The notes beneath the pieces were generated by a model. The model was not told the origin of the DNA. It worked only from the letters and a program-made list of their open reading frames with translations, and did no database searches. The translations under genes were made by a program, and so were the position numbers. Positions 17,644 to 26,184 of a DNA stretch of 64,000 nt are shown here, in pieces. Positions within the stretch are counted from its first letter, which is position 1. Each line of letters starts with the position of its first letter. The stretch is from Sumerlaeia bacterium (GTDB lineage Bacteria > Sumerlaeota > Sumerlaeia > SLMS01 > JAHLLQ01), in the NCBI GenBank assembly GCA_040219255.1, contig JAVJSW010000042.1, positions 96,001-160,000 on the forward strand. Direction: 5' to 3'.

Positions 17644-20600
17644 TTAGTCTTTCACCACGCGGTCGAAGATCGCGCGCATGCGCCTCATGTTCGCGGCGAG
17701 CGTGTCCAGCTCGCCGCTCACGTCGGGTTCCTGGCCGAGAAGCCCACGCCGCAGCGCTTCGACTTTTTCCGGAAGAGGCGGAAAGGCGTCGCGCGCGGTA
17801 TCGAAGAGCAGCCGCTGCGTGCGCTGAATCCGCCGAAGCACCAGGTAATGGGCCCTTGTGAACTCCGCGTCTTCGGCGGGAATCAAGCCCCGCTCGGCGA
17901 TGCGGATCAGCCCCGCCGTCGCGTCGGGGGTCATCAGCGCCTCGTCCTCCAGACCCTCGCGGAGCTGGAAGTACTGCACCAGGAACTCCACGTCGATGGT
18001 GCCGCCGGGGCTTTGTTTGATGTCAAAGGGGCTGCGGCGCGGGATGCGATGGGCGGCTTCCATTTTGGCGCGCATGCCTCGCACCGCCTTGGCGAGATCC
18101 GGCATCGGCGAGCGCTCGCGCAGGGCTTCGTCGAATGCGGTCAAGGCGCCGGTGCTGATTTCCGTCGAGCCACAAGCCGCACGCAACCGCATGCCGGAGA
18201 GGAACTCCCAGATATCCGCCTCGTTGCCATAGTACCGCCGGATGCGGTCGATCGACGCGGCCAGGGGGGCGTTCGCCCCGTCGGGCCGAAGGCGAGCGTC
18301 CACTTTCCAGAGTTGGCCCTTGGGCGTCACGGAACTCATGGCGCTCAGCACTCGCGACGCGAACCGCGCCACGGCCTGGCTTTCGCTCGCGTCGCCGCAA
18401 ACCACCGCGATGTCTAAATCCGACACGAAATGGACCCGCCCGGCGCCGTAGCCGCCCATGGCCAGGAACGCCCAGGGCTCGGCCACGTCGCGGGCCAGGA
18501 CGGTGCTGACTTCCCGCAGGCAAAGGTCCGCCAGCGCCGTTGCCCCCGCCCGCGCTTCCTCAAGCGTCGAAACGCCCATGATGTCTTTCACCGCCAGAAA
18601 GAGCGCCTCTCGGGCCTTGAAGATGCGGATCATTGTCAGCGCGTCGTCCTCGCTGGCATTCGCCACGCGTGGGGCGACTTCCTGGGCGAAGATCCCTTCC
18701 AAGTCGCGATTGGGCGCCATGCCGCCTTCGCGCAGCATCACTTCCAGCCATTCCGGATGGGCGACGAATTCCCGCGCGGGCATGGGACCGAAACCCAGCG
18801 TCTGGATGAACAGCCGCAGAATCGGCGGGTGGGCGCGGATCAAATCGTAGGAAACGCCCAGCCCGCCCTCGGCCCGCAGCACCGACGCCAAGTGCCGCAC
18901 CGACGATTGCGGGTCGCTGGAAAACTGAAAGGTCTCGAGCAACTCAGGCAGGAATCGCTCGAAAGTCCGCTGGCCACGCCGCCCCAGCGCCGCCTCGCTG
19001 GTCCCCCGGGCCAATTCGCGCAGCGCCGTGAAGCCCCCCGGTGTTCCGAGGCCGTACGGCTCCAACTGCTTCAGAACTTCGTCCGGCGGCGTTCCTCCGG
19101 CATCCAGCGCGTCCAGCAAACTCGGTCCCGACCCGGTGTCTTCGCCTTCATGGAACAGCGCCTCAAAGCAGCCCCGCACCGCCGCCCGCGACTCGTCGAC
19201 GCGGCGCCAGAACGCCGTCGGATTCGATTCGCCGCACCGCATCGCCAGCGCCCGCCTCTCTCGCGCGTCCGTGGGCAGGATCTGCGTTTGCTGGTCGTTC
19301 ATCATCTGGAGCCGGTGCTCCACGATGCGGTAGAACAGATAGGCCTCGCGCAGCTTCTCCGTGTCCTCCGCCGGCAGATGTCCCGCCTCGCGCAGCCGCG
19401 CCAGGGCTTCCAGCGTGGGCCGCGTCCGGAATTCCTCGTGCGACGCCCCGTGCAGGATTTGCAGCGCCGTCACCACGAACTCGATTTCCCGGATGCCGCC
19501 GGGCCCACGCTTGATGTCGCGCTCGCGGCCCGCTTCGTCCAGCCTTTCGGTGTCGATGCGCCGCTTCAATCGAGCGATCTCCGACAGGATCGTCATGGGG
19601 CTGCTGCTGCCGAAAACGAAAGCGCGGCGGATTTCCTCGAACTTGCGGTCCACCTCCGGGTCCCCCGCCACGGTGCGGCCCTTCAGGTAAGCCACCCGTT
19701 CCCAGGCCCGCGCGGTCGTCGCCAGGTATGTCTCGAAGGACGTCAGCGAGCGCGCCATCTCGCTGCCATCGCCCTCGGGGCGCAGTCGCGCGTCCACGCG
19801 AAAGAGCATGCCTTCGCTCGTCGAATCGCCCAGCACGCGGCAGATATTCGTCGCCAGTCGTCCGTAGAACTCGCGATTGCTCAGCCGGCCGGTGCGCAAC
19901 CCGCCAGCGTCCTGCACACCGCTCGTCTCGCCGTCTTCGGCGTAGCAAAAGACCAGATCGATATCGGAGGAAAAATTCAGCTCTCCCCCGCCGAACTTGC
20001 CCATCGCCAGGACGATGAATCCGGTGCCCGCGCCCGCTCCTTCGGGGCGGCCAAAGCGCGGTTCCAGCTCGGCCCAGCAAAGCTCAATCGCGCTCTCGCA
20101 GCAGGCCTGGGCGAAGTCCGACAGCTCGCCGCACAGCGTCATGATGTCGCCATAGCCTTCCATGTCGCGGATGCCGATGCGCAACATTTCCCGGCGCCGG
20201 AATCGCGCTAGAGATTTGCGCTTGGCCTCCGGCGAACGGCGCTTCGACGCGAAGCACGCGCGCACTTCCTCGCGATAGGCGGCGAGGGTCTTGCGTTCCT
20301 TCAGGTCCGGCGAGGTCAGCACCGCTTCCAGGTATTCCGGGCTGCGGACGATGACATCGGCGAAAAACTGAGAAAACGCCAGCAGTCGCATCAGCAGCCG
20401 CCGGTATTCGGCATTGGCGTTCAGCAGCCGGAAGAACGCCCCGCGGTCGAAGACCGCATGGGCGTAGCGCGAGAAGTTCGACATCGCCATGGGAGGATCG
20501 GCGGTGACCACGACCTCGGCCAAAAGCTCCGCCGCGAAAGCCGAGACCCTCTCGAAATACAGCGGATCGCGGGCGAATTCCAGCAGTCGCTCCGTGGCGT

Positions 20601-20703
20601 CTTCCCGGTTTTCCGCCGGCCATTGGACCCGCGCAAGCGCCTCGCCGATTTCGGCGCGGAATTGGGCGAGGGCTTTGGTCTGCTGGGGCGTCAAGTCGGC
20701 CAT
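17644..20703 (-). CDS. glnE: Glutamine synthetase adenylyltransferase / adenylyl-removing enzyme
   Basis: Two nucleotidyltransferase halves: AMGKFGGGELNFSSDIDL...VDARLRPEG...IKRGPGGIREIEF and AMGGYG...SDLDI...VDARLRPDG...GGTIDVEF. Confidence 0.92.
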   Translation of the reverse strand: MADLTPQQTKALAQFRAEIGEALARVQWPAENREDATERLLEFARDPLYFERVSAFAAELLAEVVVTADPPMAMSNFSRYAHAVFDRGAFFRLLNANAEYRRLLMRLLAFSQFFADVIVRSPEYLEAVLTSPDLKERKTLAAYREEVRACFASKRRSPEAKRKSLARFRRREMLRIGIRDMEGYGDIMTLCGELSDFAQACCESAIELCWAELEPRFGRPEGAGAGTGFIVLAMGKFGGGELNFSSDIDLVFCYAEDGETSGVQDAGGLRTGRLSNREFYGRLATNICRVLGDSTSEGMLFRVDARLRPEGDGSEMARSLTSFETYLATTARAWERVAYLKGRTVAGDPEVDRKFEEIRRAFVFGSSSPMTILSEIARLKRRIDTERLDEAGRERDIKRGPGGIREIEFVVTALQILHGASHEEFRTRPTLEALARLREAGHLPAEDTEKLREAYLFYRIVEHRLQMMNDQQTQILPTDARERRALAMRCGESNPTAFWRRVDESRAAVRGCFEALFHEGEDTGSGPSLLDALDAGGTPPDEVLKQLEPYGLGTPGGFTALRELARGTSEAALGRRGQRTFERFLPELLETFQFSSDPQSSVRHLASVLRAEGGLGVSYDLIRAHPPILRLFIQTLGFGPMPAREFVAHPEWLEVMLREGGMAPNRDLEGIFAQEVAPRVANASEDDALTMIRIFKAREALFLAVKDIMGVSTLEEARAGATALADLCLREVSTVLARDVAEPWAFLAMGGYGAGRVHFVSDLDIAVVCGDASESQAVARFASRVLSAMSSVTPKGQLWKVDARLRPDGANAPLAASIDRIRRYYGNEADIWEFLSGMRLRAACGSTEISTGALTAFDEALRERSPMPDLAKAVRGMRAKMEAAHRIPRRSPFDIKQSPGGTIDVEFLVQYFQLREGLEDEALMTPDATAGLIRIAERGLIPAEDAEFTRAHYLVLRRIQRTQRLLFDTARDAFPPLPEKVEALRRGLLGQEPDVSGELDTLAANMRRMRAIFDRVVKD

Positions 20704-20780
20704 GGTGCGAGGGTCATAGGACGAGCGGGGGGCGGGGAGCACGGGAAAAGTGGACTGGAAGTGTCGGGATGAAGGATTCT

Positions 20781-20969
20781 CGACGCAAGGCAGCGAGGGT
20801 GCAAAGTTTGGGCAATGCGGAACACAACGAATGTTTCATGCATATTTATTTCCTTCTGAGTATCCAGGACGAGCCCAACATACCCACTTGTTGAAAACCT
20901 CAGAAGACGGCCGCCATGGAAGCAGAACCACGCACTTCGCGTCTCTGCTCGTTTGCACCTCTGGGTTAA
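20781..20969. repeat. Intergenic periodic-arm element C
   Basis: Left ACGCAAGG-CAGCGAGG-GTGCAAAG; right CTTCGCGT-CTCTGCTC-GTTTGCAC-CTCTGGGT-TAA; AT-richer core. Confidence 0.7.
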
Positions 20970-22171
20970 TTCCCTTTTCCTCCCACAGCGATATTATACC
21001 ACAACACCCTCACCGCCGGGCGGCTGTCTTTTCTGCCCCAGCCCACGATGCCCCACAGTGGGCCATGGGCCGCGTAGGTGCCGTCGCTGTCTTCACCGCC
21101 GGGCGTGCGATAATCCATCCACAAACTGCCCAAACCCACGAGACGGGTGGCTCCGGTGGGCTTGCCGGGGCGGCGCGGGTTCGCACCGTCCTCCCATTCC
21201 TTGTACGAGAGATAGAACGGCACGCCCCAGAGCGGACCGTGAACGGCGGCTTCGGTGCGTTCGCCGGGCTCCGTTTCCTGGAACATCGCCGTCGCCCAGA
21301 GAAGGCCGGAAAGCGCCGCGTTCAAGTTCACCTTGGACGCTGTGGTCGGCTGATCGTCCCCGGCAGTGGCGAATTCGCTCTCGTCAATGTGGAAGCCCAC
21401 GTAGCCGAGCAACCCGAGGGCGGGGCCGTGCAGGTCCACGCTGCCTTTGCTTCGTTCGTGTTCAATGGCGTCGTCGATTGACAGGTGCGCGCTGGACCAA
21501 ACAAATTCTCCCATAACGACCGGTAACCCGGGGGTCACAAACCATGCGTTGAACCGTTCGTGCCCGTCGCTGGTGACTTGGTCTCCACGCCCGCAGATTC
21601 CGCGCGGTCCCAAGTGCCACAAGGTCTGCCAAATCCGCGACCGCTCGCCGCCACCGGCGCGCCGAATGTCGATGCTGGAAAAGAACAGTGGTACACCGCC
21701 ACCGCTGAATATCGAATAGTCGTCATAGGGCGGCGAACCCGTGCTGGATGCGGTCGCATAGAATGGATTCCAACGCACTTTCCCCACCGCATCCGGCTCG
21801 CCTGGTCCATCGTAGGTATATTCGGTGTAATTGACCCAGAAAGGAGGAATCAAAGGCAGCGGATTCATGAAGCTCGACCTCGCACCCACGACATAGGGCG
21901 CCCGATCTACCCGCTTGGCCAGGAGTTCCTTCGCGAACCTGTTCAACGGAATGGGCCAAAATCTACCCGTGAGGAGTTGACTGGTCAGCGTGTCGAAGTC
22001 ATAGCCCGGGTCCCGATCAACTTTCTCCCACTCCGCCTCGGTGATCGCCCCCCCATGGCTGACTCGTTCGACCAATTCCGGATCGTCGAATTTCCGGTAG
22101 TCATCGCTCTTGATTGCGCAACCGCTCAAGACACATGCTATTAAAAGGGGAATCAGGACACGGAGAGTCAT
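20966..22171 (-). CDS. Hypothetical lipoprotein with C-terminal HGP(L/A)xG repeats
   Basis: Lipobox VLSG-C after hydrophobic stretch; no family recognised. Confidence 0.65.
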   Translation of the reverse strand: MTLRVLIPLLIACVLSGCAIKSDDYRKFDDPELVERVSHGGAITEAEWEKVDRDPGYDFDTLTSQLLTGRFWPIPLNRFAKELLAKRVDRAPYVVGARSSFMNPLPLIPPFWVNYTEYTYDGPGEPDAVGKVRWNPFYATASSTGSPPYDDYSIFSGGGVPLFFSSIDIRRAGGGERSRIWQTLWHLGPRGICGRGDQVTSDGHERFNAWFVTPGLPVVMGEFVWSSAHLSIDDAIEHERSKGSVDLHGPALGLLGYVGFHIDESEFATAGDDQPTTASKVNLNAALSGLLWATAMFQETEPGERTEAAVHGPLWGVPFYLSYKEWEDGANPRRPGKPTGATRLVGLGSLWMDYRTPGGEDSDGTYAAHGPLWGIVGWGRKDSRPAVRVLWYNIAVGGKGN

Positions 22172-22344
22172 CGCCCACACCTAACCTGGGATTGCGCCGA
22201 AGCGCCTTGTGCCGCATTCAACCGCCCAGTCCCCCCGAGTCCGCAAGCCGAGACCCCGCCCCCGCCGTGCTCTTTCACCGGAAAACCACCGCCCCGCCGC
22301 CGCCCAAGCCGCCGACGCCCCGTCAGCGGTCCGTGGATCGATTC

Positions 22345-23757
22345 ATGAACCACACGGCCACCAGCGTCGCCGTCGTGCTTCTGATCATTGCCAGCGTGGT
22401 TCTGCTTTTCTGCGAGTCGATTTTCGCCGACCGCGTCTGGGTTTACTGGATCGTGGTGGCGGGCGACGCGATCACGTTCCTGTTCATCATCGAACTGGCG
22501 GCGCGCTACTATGGCGAGGCGGACCGGCGCCGGTTCTTCGCGCGTCACTGGATCGACGTTCTGGCGGTCCTGCCGCTGGCGCCCTTCCGTGTGCTGCGGG
22601 TGCTGCGGGTTCTTCGTATTTTCCAGGCCATCAACCTGCTCAGCCGAAGCAACCGCAAGATCCGTGGCGTCTTTCGCCAGAGCCTCGGCACCCAACTGCG
22701 CGTGCTTATTGTGATGGTCACGATGATCCTGGTGGTCGCCATGGCGCTGGTGGCGGTCGAGGGCAAGAACGGCCCGCCCGATTTCCAGGACATCAACGGC
22801 GCCCTCTGGTGGTCGTTCTTGAGCATGATCGCCGGCGAACCCATGGGCGCCATGCCGGAATCGATCGTCGGCCGCTTTCTCACCGCCATCGTCATGATCG
22901 GCGGCCTGACGGTCTTCGCCTTTCTGACCGGCACCGTGTCGGCGCTGATGATCGAACAATTTCAAACCGCACTGGGAAGCGATCAAATGGACTTGGACAA
23001 ACTCGACGGCCACATTCTCATCTGCGGCTGGAATCGCAGCGCCCCCGTGGTGCTCGAAGAATTCGAAACCAGCGATGAAACCGAAGGCGTTCCCGTCGTC
23101 GTCGTTGCCGAAATCAAACCCAAAGGCTTCGACGCGCTGGCCGCCAAATTCCCGAACGTCGAGTTCATCCTCGGCGATTACACGCGCATGGAGATCCTCA
23201 AGAACGCTGGCGTCGAGCGCGCCAGCCGCGCCATTCTCCTGGCGGACAAATCCAAAATCGACCGCAGCGACCAGGACCGCGACGCCCGCACGGTGCTGGC
23301 CGCCCTGATGATCGAGAAGCTCCACCACGGCATTTTCACCTGCGCCGAACTGCTGCTGCGCGACAACGTCGAACTGCTCCGCCACGCCGGCGTCGAAGAA
23401 GTCATCGTCGGCGACGAATACAGCGGCGTCATGCTCGCCGCCAGCGCCCGCATCCGCGGCGTGGTCGAGATCGCGGCGGAAATCTTCAGCAACCAGACCC
23501 GAAACAAACTCTTCAAGTGCGACCTGCCGCCGAACTGGGACGGCGAGTACTTCGTCACCGTCGCCGGCCGCATCCACACGCACCATCACGCCATCCTGAT
23601 CGCCGTGGAACGCGCCGGAGGCCCTGGCGACGCCCCCACCGCCCCCGGCCAGCCAACGCCCTCGACCCGCCGCACCGAAACCAACCCGCCCGCCGACATG
23701 GTCCTGCGCAAGGGCGACCGCCTGATTGTGATCGGGGAGAAAAAGCCGCCGTTTTGA
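22345..23757 (+). CDS. Voltage-gated-type ion channel (6TM) with RCK/TrkA-N domain; atypical pore motif
   Basis: S4 helix FRVLRVLRVLRIF; pore ALWWSFLSMIAGEPMG; RCK GHILICGWN...GDYT...AGVERA; start could be slightly upstream. Confidence 0.85.
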   Translation: MNHTATSVAVVLLIIASVVLLFCESIFADRVWVYWIVVAGDAITFLFIIELAARYYGEADRRRFFARHWIDVLAVLPLAPFRVLRVLRVLRIFQAINLLSRSNRKIRGVFRQSLGTQLRVLIVMVTMILVVAMALVAVEGKNGPPDFQDINGALWWSFLSMIAGEPMGAMPESIVGRFLTAIVMIGGLTVFAFLTGTVSALMIEQFQTALGSDQMDLDKLDGHILICGWNRSAPVVLEEFETSDETEGVPVVVVAEIKPKGFDALAAKFPNVEFILGDYTRMEILKNAGVERASRAILLADKSKIDRSDQDRDARTVLAALMIEKLHHGIFTCAELLLRDNVELLRHAGVEEVIVGDEYSGVMLAASARIRGVVEIAAEIFSNQTRNKLFKCDLPPNWDGEYFVTVAGRIHTHHHAILIAVERAGGPGDAPTAPGQPTPSTRRTETNPPADMVLRKGDRLIVIGEKKPPF

Positions 23758-23872
23758 GGAAGTTGGCGGACGATGAGCTTCCCGCCCCGCCCGTTTTTCC
23801 TTGTCCTTGTTCCTCCTTTTCGCCATCGGGAGGGGAGAATTCCGCCCGCGCACGACTGAGCCCTCCCGTTTT

Positions 23873-26050
23873 ATGCCGCCAACCTGGTCCGCACCTTATC
23901 GATTGCCGCTACTTGTCAGCCTGATGGTGGCGCTCGCCTGGGCGGCGGCGCTCTTCGGATCCGTGTGGCAGCAAAGCGGCGGCCATTTCATGCTGCCGCT
24001 CGACGATGCCTACATCCACCTGCAATACGCGAAGATGGCGGCGAAGGCCCAGCCGCTGGCCTACACCACCGGCGCCGCGCCCAGCGGCGGAGCCACCAGC
24101 CCGCTCTGGGTGCTCTCCCTGGTACCCGCGTTCCTCATTGGGTTGTTGGGGGTCAAGGGCGCGCTGGCGGCATTCCTGCTGGGCGTGCCGCTTTTCGCGG
24201 CGGGGGCGTTCCTGTGTCATCGGCTGACGACCGCCCTGACGGGCCATAGTGGGCTCGGCTATCTGGCGCTGGCTCTTTTTGCACTTAACGGTCATGCCGC
24301 GTGGGCCTTCTTCAGCGGCATGGAAACCGGTCTCTTCACCGTCCTGCTGCTCGGGGTGTTCGCGGGTCAGGCGGCGTGGTTCGGCGAAGAACGGCGAGGC
24401 GGGCTGGTCTTTTCCATCGCCTGCGCCGCGCTGCTGCCGCTCGCCCGGCCAGAAGGCGCGGGCATCGTGCTGCTTCTCATTCTGCTCAGCCTCTTCCGCC
24501 GCCGGGGCCCGACGCCGCTGAGCCCCCTCGGCTACCTGCCGGGCCTCGCACTGTTCGCGATCTGGATCGTGCTGCTGGGCCTGGCCACAGGCACCTGGAA
24601 GCCATCCGGCGCCGCCACCAAGGGCCTCTTCAGCGACCCCGAAACGACACCCTGGATCGCCCTACGGCTCGTGGGGCAGAACCTCGCGGCCATCGCCACC
24701 GATTTCTTCGCCAACCGTATCCCGGACCCAGCCTATACGGCTTTCAAGGGCAACCCGGTCATGCCCTACGTGGCCCTCGGTCTGGGCTTTCTAGCGGTGT
24801 TCGGAGGCGGATCGGCCATCATCACCGACTGGCGGACGCGGCGGCCAAGCCTTCCCTCGCTCATGGCGATTCTTTGGCTGGCGGGCCTGCTCTCCGTCAC
24901 AGCGTCGCGCTACCCCTTCATTCATCATCAGCGCTACCTCGTTCCCTGGAGCGTTCTCGCCATTCCCCTCGCCATGCTCGGTATCCGCCGCATCAGCGCC
25001 CTCTTCGGCCAGAACGACGGCCCCGCCGCCGGAGCCCTCGGCCTGCTCCTCGCAGCCACCGCCCTGCCTGCCGTCCCATGGTGGGCGGCGGAGTTCGGCC
25101 GCAATGGCCGCGACCTCTTTCATCAACACCGGGTCCTGAGCTTCGCCCTCGAAGGTCTCCCCCGCGACCAAATCCTCGCCGTCAGCGACACCGGCATCCT
25201 GATCTACTACAGCGATCTGCCCCATGCCGACGTTATCGGACTCACGTCCTCCGAGTTCACCCCCGTGGCCGCGCTCGGCGAAGGTGCGATCCTCGAACGC
25301 CTTTCCTCCTTGCCTCAGCAGCCGACCCGCATGGCCACCTACGACGAATGGTGGAGCGAAGGCTTCCCCCTCGGCGACGTGCTGACCGCCGCGGCCATCG
25401 CGGACAACAGCATCACCTCCGGAGCCGTGCTGACTCTTCGCTTGCTGCCCGCCTACTCCCCTGCCGACGCCCCCAGCACCCCCGGTCTGCGGGTAAACTG
25501 GGAACTCGATCATCTCGATCCCGCTTCGGAAGCCGTCGCCGATTACCGCTACGATCTCGATCCTCAGGATCGGCGCTACGACGTTTGGCCTTCGCCCAAT
25601 CGCCCGGCGCGAACGTATCTTGTGGATGACGATGGCTCGACCGTCACGCTGCCCGTCGCCGTCAGCGAAGGCGCCCGCTGGGTTCGCTCTGAAGAATTTC
25701 GCATTCCCGCGACAGCCATCGTCGGACTCTCGTCGCCAACCTTGCACCTGCGCATCGCCAGGGACGCCGAAGACATCGAGCCAGGACGGATTTCTTCGCG
25801 TACGCTGGTTCTTTCCTACCTTTCCGAGAACCGGCAAGGACGGGCGTGGCAGGACCTCCCACTCTCACTGCAAGGCGACGGCTGGCTGGGGGCGGCCGTC
25901 CCGCTCTCGTCGCTGGGTTTCGAGAGGGGCCAGACCGGCGGGGAGGGATCAGGCGGGCCGTTGCGAATCCGGCTGCGCTCGGCGGATCCGCGGTTCCCGG
26001 GCTGGTATGGGGCCCGCTACTGGATTGAAGGCCCAGCCGCCGCCCCATGA
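23873..26050 (+). CDS. Polytopic membrane protein, GT-C-fold glycosyltransferase-like
   Basis: LDDAYIH acidic motif after TM1, GATSPLW, SGMETGLF, LARPEG, RYLVP, DVIGLT; soluble C-terminal domain. Confidence 0.7.
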   Translation: MPPTWSAPYRLPLLVSLMVALAWAAALFGSVWQQSGGHFMLPLDDAYIHLQYAKMAAKAQPLAYTTGAAPSGGATSPLWVLSLVPAFLIGLLGVKGALAAFLLGVPLFAAGAFLCHRLTTALTGHSGLGYLALALFALNGHAAWAFFSGMETGLFTVLLLGVFAGQAAWFGEERRGGLVFSIACAALLPLARPEGAGIVLLLILLSLFRRRGPTPLSPLGYLPGLALFAIWIVLLGLATGTWKPSGAATKGLFSDPETTPWIALRLVGQNLAAIATDFFANRIPDPAYTAFKGNPVMPYVALGLGFLAVFGGGSAIITDWRTRRPSLPSLMAILWLAGLLSVTASRYPFIHHQRYLVPWSVLAIPLAMLGIRRISALFGQNDGPAAGALGLLLAATALPAVPWWAAEFGRNGRDLFHQHRVLSFALEGLPRDQILAVSDTGILIYYSDLPHADVIGLTSSEFTPVAALGEGAILERLSSLPQQPTRMATYDEWWSEGFPLGDVLTAAAIADNSITSGAVLTLRLLPAYSPADAPSTPGLRVNWELDHLDPASEAVADYRYDLDPQDRRYDVWPSPNRPARTYLVDDDGSTVTLPVAVSEGARWVRSEEFRIPATAIVGLSSPTLHLRIARDAEDIEPGRISSRTLVLSYLSENRQGRAWQDLPLSLQGDGWLGAAVPLSSLGFERGQTGGEGSGGPLRIRLRSADPRFPGWYGARYWIEGPAAAP

Positions 26051-26184
26051 GTGGGTAAATAGGGTAACACCTGGGCCGTGAAAGGAGCATCTGAGCGCTC
26101 GGAAGGCCCCGAGGTTCACATTCAGATTTGATTTTGTTCAGTGCTATTCAAGCCCCCATCAAGGGTTGACGATTATTTGCCGCC

